From Macrostomum lignano (Eukaryota): a stretch of 64,000 nt of DNA. The notes beneath the pieces are model-generated. The model searched no databases. It was given only the letters and a program-made list of their open reading frames with translations, and had not been told where the DNA came from. Below, one piece after another: positions 30,160 through 42,119 of the stretch; position 1 is the stretch's first letter, and the number at the start of each line of letters is the position of its first letter. The translations under genes and the position numbers were made by a program. Where the stretch lies: positions 1-64,000 of the forward strand of contig NIVC01002589.1 in the NCBI GenBank assembly GCA_002269645.1, in the 5' to 3' direction.

Positions 30160-30504
30160 TGCAGTATAGTATAGAATTCTTAATTATGTCTCCCTCTTTC
30201 AAGAATGTTCGGCACAAGCTGTATATAATTAACCTGCCGTCAGCATTGAACAGGAAGTTCAAGCTGGAGCCAATTTCTGATATGCTGACCTTGTCCTAGT
30301 TTTGTGCCCCTACATTATAAAACCTACTGCATGCGAAGATAGTATTAATTCTCTTGCAGTCCTGCCTCTAAAGCCCCTAAACAATATCTACATGTAAAAG
30401 CTGCCCGCAAACTGCCATATGGTTGCTGTATACTGACTAAAATAGTTACTTATTATTATACACTTACACGAAAGGTCAATTCAGGCAATACTGAAGCTCA
30501 TACA

Positions 30505-30802
30505 AAAAATCTGGGAGGCTGGCCCATGCAGCAACTGAGGATCTGGGAGGCTGGCCCATGCAGCAACTGAGGATCTGGGAGGCTGGCCCATGCAGCAACT
30601 GAGGATCTGGGAGGCTGGCCCAGCAACTGAGGATCTGGGAGGCTGGCCCATGCAGCAACTGAGGATCTGGGAGGCTGGCCCAGCAACTGAGGATCTCTGA
30701 GGCTGGCCTAGCAACTGACACTCTGGGAGGCTGGCACAGCAACTGAGGATCTGAGAGGCTGGCCCAGAAACTGAGGATCTGGGTGGCTGGCCCAGGAACT
30801 GA
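30505..30802. repeat. 28-31-bp minisatellite of the ACTGAGGATCTGGGAGGCTGGCCC family
   Basis: About 10 copies. Confidence 0.92.
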
Positions 30803-31307
30803 GATTATTTTCTCTGTGTATTTTCCTTGTATTTCTATTCTCAGTAGAGTATCAAATAAAAGTTCAGTATAATTTATACCACTTATTGTTGTTGATTGTA
30901 CACTGTATTTTAATTTATCTATTTGTTAGTTTTAGTACACTGTATTCTGTTGCGGTTCAGCCAAGTAAATATAAATATAATGGAGATGTCTATAGCTCAC
31001 AGCTCACTTAATGTCTTCTCAAGTACAACGGCAACTGCAATACACAACAGTGGTCACGATTATAATCTCATTATGCTCTTAAACCTTATCAACAACTTAA
31101 ACTTCCTTTTACGAAATGCTAGAGTTAATTATCTGCAATGTCCCCCTACACTATTGATAGTAGACGCAAGAGAGAAAGTAAACTTGCATTTGTTCGTAAA
31201 TGCAGAATATGAACAACCCAAGAGAGATAGGAAGTGCTCGGTCTTTGAGAACTAAATTGACAATCTCTCTGAGCTTTTGAATCGCAAATGAAGCAAGAAA
31301 ATGTAAA

Positions 31308-32370
31308 TGACCTTTCTACACTCCCTGGCGCCTTTCTACATTTTCTTGGCGCTTTTATACATTATCTGGCGCCTTTTTACACACCTTGGTGCCTTTCTAC
31401 ATAAACTGGCGCCTTCTACACTCCTTGGCGCCTTTTTACATTCCCTGGCGCCTTTCTACACAACTTGGCGCCTTTCTACACTCCTTGGCGCCTTTCTACA
31501 CTCCTTGGCGCCTTTCTACACTCCTTGGCGCCTTTCTACACTCTGGTACCTTTCTACATTCCCTGGCGCCTTTCTACACACCTTGGCGCCTTTCTACACC
31601 CCTTGACACCTTTCTACACTCCTTGACGCCTTTCTACACTCCTTGGCGCCTTTCTACACTCCTTGGCGCCTTTCTACACTCCTTGACGCCTTTCTACACT
31701 CCTTGGCGCCTTTCTACACTCCTTGACGCCTTTCTACACTCCTTGACGCCTTTCTACACTCCTTGACGCCTTTCTACACTCCTTGACGTTTTTCTACACT
31801 CCTTGGCGCCTTTCTACACTCCTTGACGCCTTTCTACACTCCTTGACGCCTTTCTACACTCCTTGACGCCTTTCTACACTCCTTGGCGCCTTTCTACACT
31901 CCTTGGCGCCTTTCTACAATCCTTGGCGCCTTTCTACACTCCTTGGCGCCTTTCTACACTCCTTGGCGCCTTTCTACACTCCTTGACGCCGTTCTACACT
32001 CCTTGGCGCCTTTCTACACACCCTGGCGCTTTTCTACATTCACTGGCACCTTTCTACACAACTTGGCGCCTTTCTACACTCTGGTACCTTTCTACATTCC
32101 CTGGCGCCTTTCTACATTCCCTGGCGCCTTTCTACATTCACTGGCACCTTTCTACACAACTTGGCGCCTTTCTACACTCCTTGGCGCCTTTCTACACTCC
32201 TTGACGCCTTTCTACACTCCTTGGCGCCTTTCTACACTCCTTGACGCCTTTCTACACTCCTTGGCGCCTTTCTACACACCTTGGCGCCTTTCTACACACC
32301 TTGGCGCCCTTCTACATTCCCTGGAATCTTTCTCCATTCCTTGGTGCGTTTCTACATCCCCTGGCGCCCA
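31308..32370. repeat. 20-bp minisatellite (CTCCTTGRCGCCTTTCTACA)
   Basis: About 50 copies with degenerate edges. Confidence 0.95.
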
Positions 32371-34424
32371 TGAAACTCAATTGACTGGTGCTTAACAACA
32401 CACAACAGTACTTCCAGAATCTGCTCCTTTATTATTCGTGTCTTTACAACTCGATGTGGTGACGCAAGTCGCGAGATTTCAGTAGTCACTAGGGCACTAT
32501 AATGATTCTGAGAGCTTGGGGATTCAGTTATTTGTACCGAAACCAAAATTATTATGCGATAATTTCAATATGAAACACACAAAATTGACTTAACTCGTCA
32601 AGCTAATCTATGCCCACAGAATGCACAACAATAACAGAATTTGCAAGTATAACATCTGCGAATATGTTATAACATAAACTGGTATGCGAAGCCCTGACTG
32701 CTTGCGCCATCTTCTTGAGCTAGAATTTTAATTCACTCAAAAGATAATGTAAGCTAGCTCGGAGACTTGCTTGACTTGTTTGCTTTTGCACCCGGTAGGT
32801 AACACAGGAACAATGACCCAGGTAGTTAATATCGTTCATTCACTTATTCATTCACTGGTGAGGGAGTTTGACAAACCTGCCCATAGAGCAGACGTCCCCT
32901 ATTAAGACTTAATGGAGAAGGGAAAAATCTGTGTAAATTTTAACCAATTGCTACAGTAATGTCCTACCCGCTGAGTAAATAGTCTTTGTAGCAGATGATG
33001 CGGAAACTTTGAGCTCACAATCGACTTTTCATATTAAGCATCAATTGTGCTCAAATCAAAGTCTTCAAGGCGTTCAAGCGATGGCAATTCAATTTCAATT
33101 TGTGTAGAAATTTTTATAGCACAATGGTCAGTGCCCGAGCATGGTCTGTGTCTTCTGAGAGGCCCCAGCGGGGCGGCGGTCCCTAACTCTGCAGGTCCAG
33201 CATGCTATCTTGGAAGAACTGACTGACCCTCAATACGTAATCGAGGCCTTAGAAGTCAGTCGGCCTTAAACTAATGGAAGATTTAACAAGCATTTTGTTT
33301 CAAGGATGCATTTTATTGTCTCTTGCAGGGGCAATTTATTGTTGGAAAAATATTTAGTAAGTCATAAATAAAATTTTCCCACCTAAAAGATGAGCCTCCG
33401 GCCTCCTGTCAGGGTGTCAAAGATGCCACACCCCTTTTGCTTCACCTGTCCATCTGGGGAGGCAAAATATGACTAGTATTGCTGCAGACAAATTTGCCTG
33501 TTTTTGTCACCTCAGCTTGACCAGTGGAACGCAGAGTTCCAGTCCAGCTGTCTCACGCAGAGTCAGGTGCGAAATGTTTATTGCAGAGGCTGAGAGGCTA
33601 TCGCAAGAGCTGTTTACTTCGCAATTAAATTTAAATTGGGCGAAGTTTTCTTAGAAAGTGTAGAGGACCATCAGCTGATTCCTCCATTATACGCTCGTAG
33701 CTGCATTGAATCAGGACATGCCGAATCCGAATGCGTGCGGTTGCTATGGCCTCGAAATTAAACGAAAGTCTCTGTGGATGGCAGTGACACAACTTGGTCA
33801 GTTTCCAGCGCTCTCTCCCTATTAAGCAAAAGGAAAAATTTCATAACACATCCGCCCGGGCTCGCACAAGCGGAGGGCGGGGCTCCAACATCCAGCTTCA
33901 TCTAGAAGTCCACTTCATCATTATTAAAAATTGAGAGAGACAGAGAGCCTATATATATGCGTTGTTTATTAGAAATTCTATCTGTCTTATTAGTTCGGTT
34001 TGCCTGTTGGTCTGCCCACGGATACGACCTCACCTCACCTCCCATCCACCCCAGATATTAATTTGCATAGACTATATCGCGATTGCTTCACAATGTAGAA
34101 CTCAACTTTTAATTACCGTTTGTTCAGACGGAGGCTATAGGAGTCTGGGACCGATGATGAGGCGGTGCCAATTTTGAGTCTCGGTTTTGACTGAGCCCCG
34201 CCCACTCTGTCTCAGCCTCGATCCTGCAGTTGAATTGGTCACTTTACGGTGGGACTAGTAATTACCTGATGTTGTGTTGAAATATTTATTCGATAGAGGA
34301 AAGAATATAGAAATTCAATGCCTGCGCTGCTTATAGAAGTATCGCTCACTGGTTTCCGAGAATTCTCTCAAATACTTTCCATCTATTTGCCTCTCCGGTC
34401 CGCTTCTCTGTTCCATAACTGCCT

Positions 34425-35070
34425 CTCTCTTCCCACTCCGCCCTCACCTATCCGCTCCCCGATTCTATCTCCGCCTTTGCCTATCCGCTCCCCGATTCTA
34501 TCTCCGCCTTTGCCTATCCGCTCCCCGATTCTATCTCCGCCTTTGCCTATCCGCTCCCCGATTCTCTCTCCGCCTTTGCCTATCCGCTCCCCGATTCTAT
34601 CTCCGCCCTCACATATCCGCTCCCCGATTCTATCTCCGCCCTCGCCTATCCGCTCCCCGATTCTATCTCCGCCTTTGCCTATCCGCTCCCCGATTCTCTC
34701 TCCGCCTTTGCCTATCCGCTCCCCGATTCTATCTCCGCCCTCACATATCCGCTCCCCGATTCTATCTCCGCCCTCACATATCCGCTCCCCGATTCTATCT
34801 CCGCCCTCACATATCCGCTCCCCGATTCTCTCTCCGCCTTTGCCTATCCGCTCCCCGATTCTCTCTCCGCCTTTGCCTATCCGCTCCCCGATTCTATCTC
34901 CGCCTTTGCCTATCCGCTCCCCGATTCTATCTCCGCCTTTGCCTATCCGCTCCCCGATTCTATCTCCGCCCTCACCTATTTGCTGCCCGATTCTATCTCC
35001 GCCCTCACCTATCCGCTCCCCGATTCTCTCTCCGCCCTCACCTATCCGCTGCCCGATTCTATCTCCGTCC
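34425..35070. repeat. 33-bp minisatellite (CCTATCCGCTCCCCGATTCTATCTCCGCCTTTG)
   Basis: About 19 copies. Confidence 0.95.
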
Positions 35071-35089
35071 TTTACTTCGCCCCTCTACT

Positions 35090-35805
35090 TCAACTTCCGC
35101 CCCTGAGTTTCAATCTCCGCCCCTCAAGTTCAATCTCCGCCCCTCAAGTTCAATCTCCGCCCCTCAAGTTCAATCTCCGCCCCTCAAGTTCAATCTCCGC
35201 CCCTCAAGTTCAATCTCCGCCCCTCAAGTTTAATCTCCGCCCCTCAAGTTCAATCTCCGCCCCTTAAGTTCAATCTCCGCCCCTTAAGTTCAATCTCCGC
35301 CCCTTAAGTTCAATCTCCGCCCCTTAAGTTCAATCTCCGCCCCTCAAGTTCAATCTCCGCCCCTTAAGTTCAATCTCCGCCCCTCAAGTTCAATCTCCGC
35401 ACCTCAAGTTCAATCTCCGCACCTCAAGTTCAATCTCCGCCCCTCAAGTTCAATCTCCGCCCCTCAAGTTCAATCTCCGCACCTCAAGTTCAATCTCCGC
35501 CCCTCAAGTTCAATCTCCGCCCCTCAAGTTTAATCTCCGCCCCTCAAGTTCAATCTCCGCCCCTCAAGTTCAATCTCCGCCCCTCAAGTTCAATCTCCGC
35601 CCCTCAAGTTCAATCTCCGCCCCTCAAGTTCAATCTCCGCCCCTCAAGTTCAATCTCCGCACCTCAAGTTCAATCTCCGCCCCTCAAGTTCAATCTCCGC
35701 CCCTCAAGTTCAATCTCCGCACCTCAAGTTCAATCTCCGCCCCTCAAGTTCAATCTCCGCCCCTCAAGTTCAATCTCCGCCCCTCAAGTTCAATCTCCGC
35801 CCTCT
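35090..35805. repeat. 20-bp minisatellite (CCCTCAAGTTCAATCTCCGC)
   Basis: About 35 copies. Confidence 0.96.
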
Positions 35806-36187
35806 CCCAGATCTCCGCCACTCCACTTCAACTTTCTCTTCATTTAATTGAACTTGAGGACTTTGATCTCTTTGAATCTTATCCAATGAATTCAATCAAC
35901 AAAGGCAGGGTATAATTGCAGTAATTGCAGTTTTATCAGTATACTAGTAAATATTAAAACATATAAATTTTTGCAAAACAAGCTGCACTCGAAACAAGGC
36001 TGTACACAAGCACCAACTCTTTGCGCAAATCCGAGATAAAATTCGGATTACAAAACGAAACAAAATCCCTGGCTCAGACAAGAGAATCATTGAGACAGCA
36101 ACTCGCCAGAAAGACGCGGTTTAAAATATAAACGATAGAAAGCTGCTGTTCATATTGCTGTCAATCAAAATGTACAGGAGATTCAGT

Positions 36188-37669
36188 CTAGCAGGCCGGC
36201 TGCTTGTGGCCGCCAAACCTCAGCGGGCTGGATGCCGCCGCAGCCAGCAGGTGCAGCTTGCTGGCTGCCGACAACGGCGACCAGAGGCGGCGCAAGCGGT
36301 CCTGACAGGCCGGCGCCCGCTGCTGCTTAGCGACCAGGCCGGACTGGCGCAGGGCGCGGAGGCTGTCGCGCGGCGACCGGCGCGCCCGACGATGCCGGGA
36401 TAGCGACAGAGGCGGCGGCGGCTGCGGCTGCTGCGACGCCGGCGGCGGTGGAGTGGCGACTCTCGAAGGCAGCGCCGCGGCCGACTGGGCAAAGCGAAGC
36501 GCCTTCAGCGGCGCCGGCTGGAGCAGCTTTGTCGATGTTGTCGTCGAAGTCTCCGACTGCGGCGGGGTCGGCGCTGGCATCGGCTGAAGCTTCTTTCGGC
36601 CGCCGATCAGCGGCGTCCGCGCCGGGTCGAACCGGGCGAAAGTGGCGCCTCCTTCAACGTCGCCAGATGGAGCCGCCGCCGCCGCTGCTGATGCCGCCGC
36701 TGCCGTCGTTGCTCCGAGGGGGCTGCGGCTGCGGCTGCGACTCGCCAGGCGGGAGACGGCGCGGCCGAAAGCGGCGCGCAGCGCGCTGCCCAACGAAGCG
36801 GCGCGCTGCATGCTGCGCTGCTTTCGTTCCTGCTGTTGCTGCTGAGGATGAAGCTCCGATTGTCCAGCCTCCTCGGCCTCTTCTTCCTCATCGCAGCCGT
36901 ACTCAACAGCGTCGCTATCGGCAACTCCGACGCAGTCGCCGAATTCAACCAGCAGGGCGGCCAGGCGGGCGGAGCGGGCGGCCTCGGTCGGGGTGGCGGC
37001 GCCGCCGGTCAGGCAGGGCCCGAGGCAGACGGCCAGGTTGCCGGCGCTCATCCGGTTGACGTCGGATGCGGCGGCGACGCGGCTGAGGAAGCCGCACAGG
37101 AGGCGCAGCGAGTGCAGCTGGCGGAGCGGCAGCAGGAGGCTGGCCAGGCGGAGCGCGCGGACCCGGCGCTGAAGGCCGAGAGCGTCGGGCAGCAGGGCGG
37201 CCTCCGCCAGCCAGGCGGGCGCCAGTGGCTCCGGCAGCTCTCGCAGCCAGGCCTTCAGCACGGCGCTGACGTCGTGAGCCGGGGAGCCGTCGCGAATGCC
37301 GCAGCCCCGGTCCAGACGCAGGCGGAGGTCGCGCTGGCGGAGCCGGGAGCCTTCGAGGCGGAACAGGCCCTCGCAGCGGAGCCGGTCCTCGGCTGACAAG
37401 TAGCGGCAGCAGGCGGCGAGCACGGCGGGCACCTGGCCGATGCCTTCGACCATCGAGCTCGGCTGGTCCTCCAGACGTCGCCCGAAGCACCGGCTGGCGG
37501 CGGCAGGCGGCGGCGGCGGTGGCGGCAGCTGGCGTCGGCGCCAGTCCAGGCGCAGGCCAAATTGTCGTCGGAGCTCGCGCTCGGCGCCGCCCATCGCCCG
37601 CCGTCGGGACTCCGGCGACATCTGGCCGATGTAGTGCTGGCTGCTGGACTCAACAGTTTGCAGTGGCAT
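36188..37669 (-). CDS. RhoGAP-domain protein, ARHGAP11-like; single coding exon, 493 aa
   Basis: QVPAVLAACCRYL..EGLFRLEGS (arginine finger), DVSAVLKAWLRELPEPL and NRMSAGNLAVCLGP; low-complexity basic C-terminal tail. Confidence 0.88.
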   Translation of the reverse strand: MPLQTVESSSQHYIGQMSPESRRRAMGGAERELRRQFGLRLDWRRRQLPPPPPPPAAASRCFGRRLEDQPSSMVEGIGQVPAVLAACCRYLSAEDRLRCEGLFRLEGSRLRQRDLRLRLDRGCGIRDGSPAHDVSAVLKAWLRELPEPLAPAWLAEAALLPDALGLQRRVRALRLASLLLPLRQLHSLRLLCGFLSRVAAASDVNRMSAGNLAVCLGPCLTGGAATPTEAARSARLAALLVEFGDCVGVADSDAVEYGCDEEEEAEEAGQSELHPQQQQQERKQRSMQRAASLGSALRAAFGRAVSRLASRSRSRSPLGATTAAAASAAAAAAPSGDVEGGATFARFDPARTPLIGGRKKLQPMPAPTPPQSETSTTTSTKLLQPAPLKALRFAQSAAALPSRVATPPPPASQQPQPPPPLSLSRHRRARRSPRDSLRALRQSGLVAKQQRAPACQDRLRRLWSPLSAASKLHLLAAAASSPLRFGGHKQPAC

Positions 37670-37931
37670 TGCGGCAGTGAGTAGTCGAGAATTTTAACTG
37701 TGAGTTTGAAAATGCAAATTTGCGTAGGTTGGAAAATCCGCTTGCTTTTATATTTATACAGCCATGATTCCCCAGTGCCTTACGAGCGGGTGTTGCATGG
37801 TTGGGCTCTTCTCATTGGCTGGCCGGCTGGACCAATGGGTGAGCGCCTTTCGCCCTGCGGGTGGGAGAAGGGAGCTGTGTGTTGGGAGGTGTCTGAATTT
37901 GCGCCTCAGGGAAACTTCGGCTGCTTTTTAA

Positions 37932-38160
37932 TCATGCTCTGTCTCATGCTCTGTCTCATGCTCTGTCTCATGCTCTGTCTCATGCTCTGTCTCATGCTCT
38001 GTCTCATGCTCTGTCTCATGCTCTGTCTCATGCTCTGTCTCATGCTCTGTCTCATGCTCTGTCTCATGCTCTGTCTCATGCTCTGTCTCATGCTCTGTCT
38101 CATGCTCTGTCTCATGCTCTGTCTCATGCTCTGTCTCATGCTCTGTCTCATGCTCTGTCT
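37932..38160. repeat. 12-bp repeat (CATGCTCTGTCT)n, probably within a 5'-UTR intron of the RhoGAP gene
   Basis: About 19 perfect copies; minus-strand donor A|GTAAGA at 38698 and acceptor CTCACAG near 37698. Confidence 0.9.
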
Positions 38161-39351
38161 AAACATCAGCCCAGTCCATTCTCCCTCAACCTCCATCTCC
38201 ATCACTTCTTTTCTCTCTTTCACTCTCTGTCTATCTCTCAATCAGTTGTTCAGTCTCTCAGTCTCCATCGACTTACATCGGAATTCCACACACAGCCCGC
38301 ATAGGAATCCTTTGTATCCTCCTATGTTCCCGCTTTACCCAGCGATAGAGGCCCATTGAAAGTTTTTAGATTTGAGTATAAGGTAAAACTGCAACATCAG
38401 TTAAAATAATACAAATTTTGTATCTTATTCAACATTGGCTATTTTGAAATTTTACATGAAAGTATAGTGATATCAGATATCCTTTCTATTGGTAGAATGA
38501 ATTAATGTCTGTGTGGAATTTAAACAGATTAATGATAGATATACTTATTAGGTAAAATAGCTATATAGTAAATTTAGAGGGACAAAGGGCGGGATGCAGT
38601 GCTTTTCTGCTCGAGCGTGAAGCTGATGATGATGGGATCAAATGCTGGCTATTTGATACAGATCCTCATCTTGAAGAGCGGCGCCAAAACTGTCTTACTG
38701 TTAAAGCAGTTCAGAAATCAGTTTAGAGGGATAAGAATCTATCCCTGTCTAATACCCAGAAATCCTTCTCTCGGGCGAGTCTGGCGTTACTTCCGCTCGG
38801 TCGCTTCTCCATACGAGGCTCCGCATTCTTAGTTAACTCGACGTTCGGCCCATGCGGCCCACGCGGACCACGCGAAACAGCGCGGGCGTGACAGGGGGGG
38901 TCCGATTGATGACATTTTTGATGGCCGAATTTCACAATAATCATTGCACGCGATCTGAAAAATCACTGCCGCCTGCACTGCAGAGAGAAATAACTGTTGT
39001 GCAATCAAGGAGGCTGCAATTTGAAGTTTCGAGATTTACGATGACAGACAATTGTTCTCCAAAAAAGGGTTGAATAATAATTTGAATTGAATTGAAATTC
39101 TCGCTTCTGTCTCAGTCAGCAGCTGTTTGAAAGCATATCGGGGTGATTTACAACGCCAATGTGATGCTGACCACAGAGATGGGGAGGTGCTTTCACAAGA
39201 TCAAAATTTCGCGAAGAAATCTTTGGCTAAAAAAGTGAATGCTTGAGATTTTCGGCAGTTTGCAACTTAGATCTCATAACGAAACCAGTCCTACAGGAAA
39301 ATGATATCAAAATACCAGAGTGACTTCAGATATCAACCACAGAAATGACTA

Positions 39352-39976
39352 CTGGGGAGAAGGGAGAGAGGAGAGGAGAGGGAAGAGGGAGAGAGGAGAG
39401 GGGAGAGGACTGAGAGGAGAGGGTAAAGGGGAGAGCGTTGAGAGGAGTGGAGAGGGTAGAGAGGAGGGGAGAGGGGAGAGAAGTGGGAGAGGGTAGAGAG
39501 GAGGGTGGAGGGTAGAGAGGAGGGGAGAGGGTAGAGAGGAGTGAGAGGGTAGAGAAGAGGGAGAGGGTAGAGAGGAGGGGAGAGGGTAGAGAGGAGTGAG
39601 AGGGTAGAGAGGAAGGGAGAGGGTAGAGAAGAGGGAGAGGGTAGAGAAGAGGGAGAGGGTAGAGAGGAGGGGAGAGGGTAGAGAGGAGTGAGAGGGTAGA
39701 GAGGAAGGGAGAGGGTAGAGAGGAAGGGAGAGGGTAGAGAGGAAGGGAGAGGGTAGAGAGAAAGGGAGAGGGTAGAGAGGAGGGGAGAGGGTAGAGAGGA
39801 GTGGAGAGGGTAGAGAGGAAGGGAGAGGGTAGAGAGGAAGGGAGAGGGTAGAGAGGAGGGGAGAGGGTAGAGATTAGGGAGAGGGTAGATATTAGGGAGA
39901 GGGTAGAGAGGAAGGGAGAGGGTAGAGAGGAGGGGAGAGGGTAAAGATTAGGGAGAGGGTAGAGAGGAGGGGAGAG
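39352..39976. repeat. Polypurine ~18-19-bp minisatellite (GGGAGAGGGTAGAGAGGA)
   Basis: Direct reading; + strand almost all purine. Confidence 0.9.
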
Positions 39977-40774
39977 AGCAAAGTGCATGAAATGCCAAAG
40001 TTAAAAAGTGAAAAGTGAACGAGATATAGATTTCATAAATGTTGCTGAGAGCTCTATAGTTGCAAGGTGTTGGGAAGGGTTAAAGAAAAATTCACTGGTC
40101 GGTGAGCTGGAGTCTCCTAGAGCCACAGCTCTTCTCACCACCCCACTAGAGACTCTCGTGCCTTCGCTTCGGTTCAATCAAGAATCTGTTGGATTTTTCG
40201 AGGCGAAAATGGAATTCGTCGAGTTTCTAAATTTAATGGCGCTAAACTGATCCTTGAGGCAGCTAAATGGGTAAGCCAGCGGGAGTCTGCATGGCCTTGA
40301 GTTCCTGACTGCGACCTCCAAGCCAGTCTGTATGCCTCGTGGCTTATTTTTGTTTGAAAAAAAATTCAGGTGGGGGGGGGATGGTGAGGCAGTTAGTAGA
40401 AGAGCGAACGGCTCCCTGAAGCGGCGCATTGTTCCCGTCCTTCTGTTTAGGGTGCCCCCCGCATTCTTAGAAATCGAGCCTCCAGCGCCTCAAGGCTGAA
40501 ATGTGCAAATTGATGTTGATAATCAAACCGGAAGGTGGCTCTTTTCTTAACTGTTCTTTTTCGAGCGGAAAATCTCTTCTAGTGGACTTTTTGTGTTGCA
40601 TTGTGCAGGCTTTTGTTTTCAGTAGGCCATGCAGGCCAATGCCCTCAAGCATGCCCTGATCGTGAGGCGCTTTCACATCACCGAAATTTCACTTTTCCAA
40701 GAAAATCAAATTAGCACGACCACTTTACAACACCGAAATTTTACAAGAGCTTCGCATCGCCTAAAAGATTTTAA

Positions 40775-41470
40775 ACATTCACTTTCATAAGACCTAAACT
40801 CTACAAGACCTAAACTTCTTTAGACATTCTCTTTTTAAGATCTTAAATTCACAAGACCTAAACTTAATAGGACCTAAACTTCACGAGATCTATACTTCCT
40901 AAGACCTAAACTTCATAAGATCTTAAATTCATGGCATAAAGTTTATAAGACCTATAATTCACAAAACCTAAACTTCAAAGGACCTAAACTCTACGAAACT
41001 TAAACTTCATAAAACCTAAACTTCCTAAAACCTAAACTTCATAAAACCTAAACTTCATAAAACCTAAACGTCATGAAACCTAAACTCTACGAAGCCTAAA
41101 CTTCCTAAGACCTAAACTTCATACAACCTAAACTTCATGAAACCTAAACTCTACGAAGCCTAAACTTCCTAAGACCTAAACTTCATCTTCATACAACCTA
41201 AACTTCATGAAACCTAAACTCTACGAAGCCTAAACTTCCTAAGACCTAAACTTCATCTTCATACAACCTAAACTTCATGAAACCTAAACTCTACGAAGCC
41301 TAAACTTCATAAAACCTAAAATTCTTAAGACCTAACTCCATCAGACCTAAACTTCACGAGACCTAAACTTTGTAAAACCTAATCTCCAAAAGACCTAAAC
41401 TTCACGAAATCTAAACTTCCTAAGACCTAAAAATAAGACCTAAACTTCGCAAGACCTAAACTTCCTTAGA
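40775..41470. repeat. ~16-bp minisatellite (AAACCTAAACTTCAT-like) with 64/70-bp higher-order units
   Basis: CCTAAACT core repeated; CTCTACGAAGCC marker at 41085, 41149, 41219 and 41289. Confidence 0.85.
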
Positions 41471-42119
41471 CTTGAACATCTCATATACTAGCTCGTAAAA
41501 ATGGTTTGTCGGTAGGTATCTATGTTTTATTGAATGTCACCTGGGTGTGCCTTATCTTTGGATACGCAGCCAAACCGGAATATTTTGTTTTAGAAACCCA
41601 CAGTTTAAGACTCCTTATGGAACAATAAAAATTAAACAGAAATAATCTAAATACCTTTGTAAAATTTGTTTACCGAAACTGGCTTATCGCACCGACACAG
41701 ACTTGTTAAATAGAAGCCGCTCCTTAGTCCCCTTATTGATTAATTAATATTCGCTAATGCTCCAAAGCTTTGGCGGCAGTAACACATTCTTAAGTAGCGG
41801 GGGGAATTTATTGGAAATCTACGACTTTTGATTGACGTCATTCGCAACCCCAGTGCTGCGCTTTTCTAGACTGCTTTGTTGACTTCTGTTACCAGTTGCT
41901 AGTAAAGGATTACTGCTTGTATGGGTTTATAAAGTCGATAATGATTTATGCTTAGTGACTTCTGCACAGCCCTATGTTGTGCCGAGTTTTATCATTTAGA
42001 TGTTTGTAATCCAATACTTGAAAGGCTGGCGGCGGGACTTATCGAGCGAAGGAGGGGAGAGGATCGAGCGAGGGATAAACAATGAGATGCGAAAGAGGAG
42101 ATTGAAATGAAAAATGGGA

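Noticed and set aside
32400-34420. GC box and TATA-like motifs (33860-33960) and short ORFs; also unique DNA at 40000-40700 and 43600-43980
   Set aside because: No associated coding or RNA gene could be recognised; such short motifs occur by chance.
34318-35267. Extensin-like PIRSPILSPP ORF
   Set aside because: Translation of the 33-bp minisatellite; no signal peptide or exon structure.
36155-37653. Several antisense and alternate-frame ORFs over the RhoGAP gene (similarly over ABCC exons and the METTL24-like gene)
   Set aside because: Shadow ORFs of GC-rich coding sequence with no recognisable domains.
40775-41470. Telomere-like CCTAAA motif
   Set aside because: Embedded in 16-bp units rather than tandem (TTAGGG)n or (TTTAGGG)n; not an interstitial telomere.
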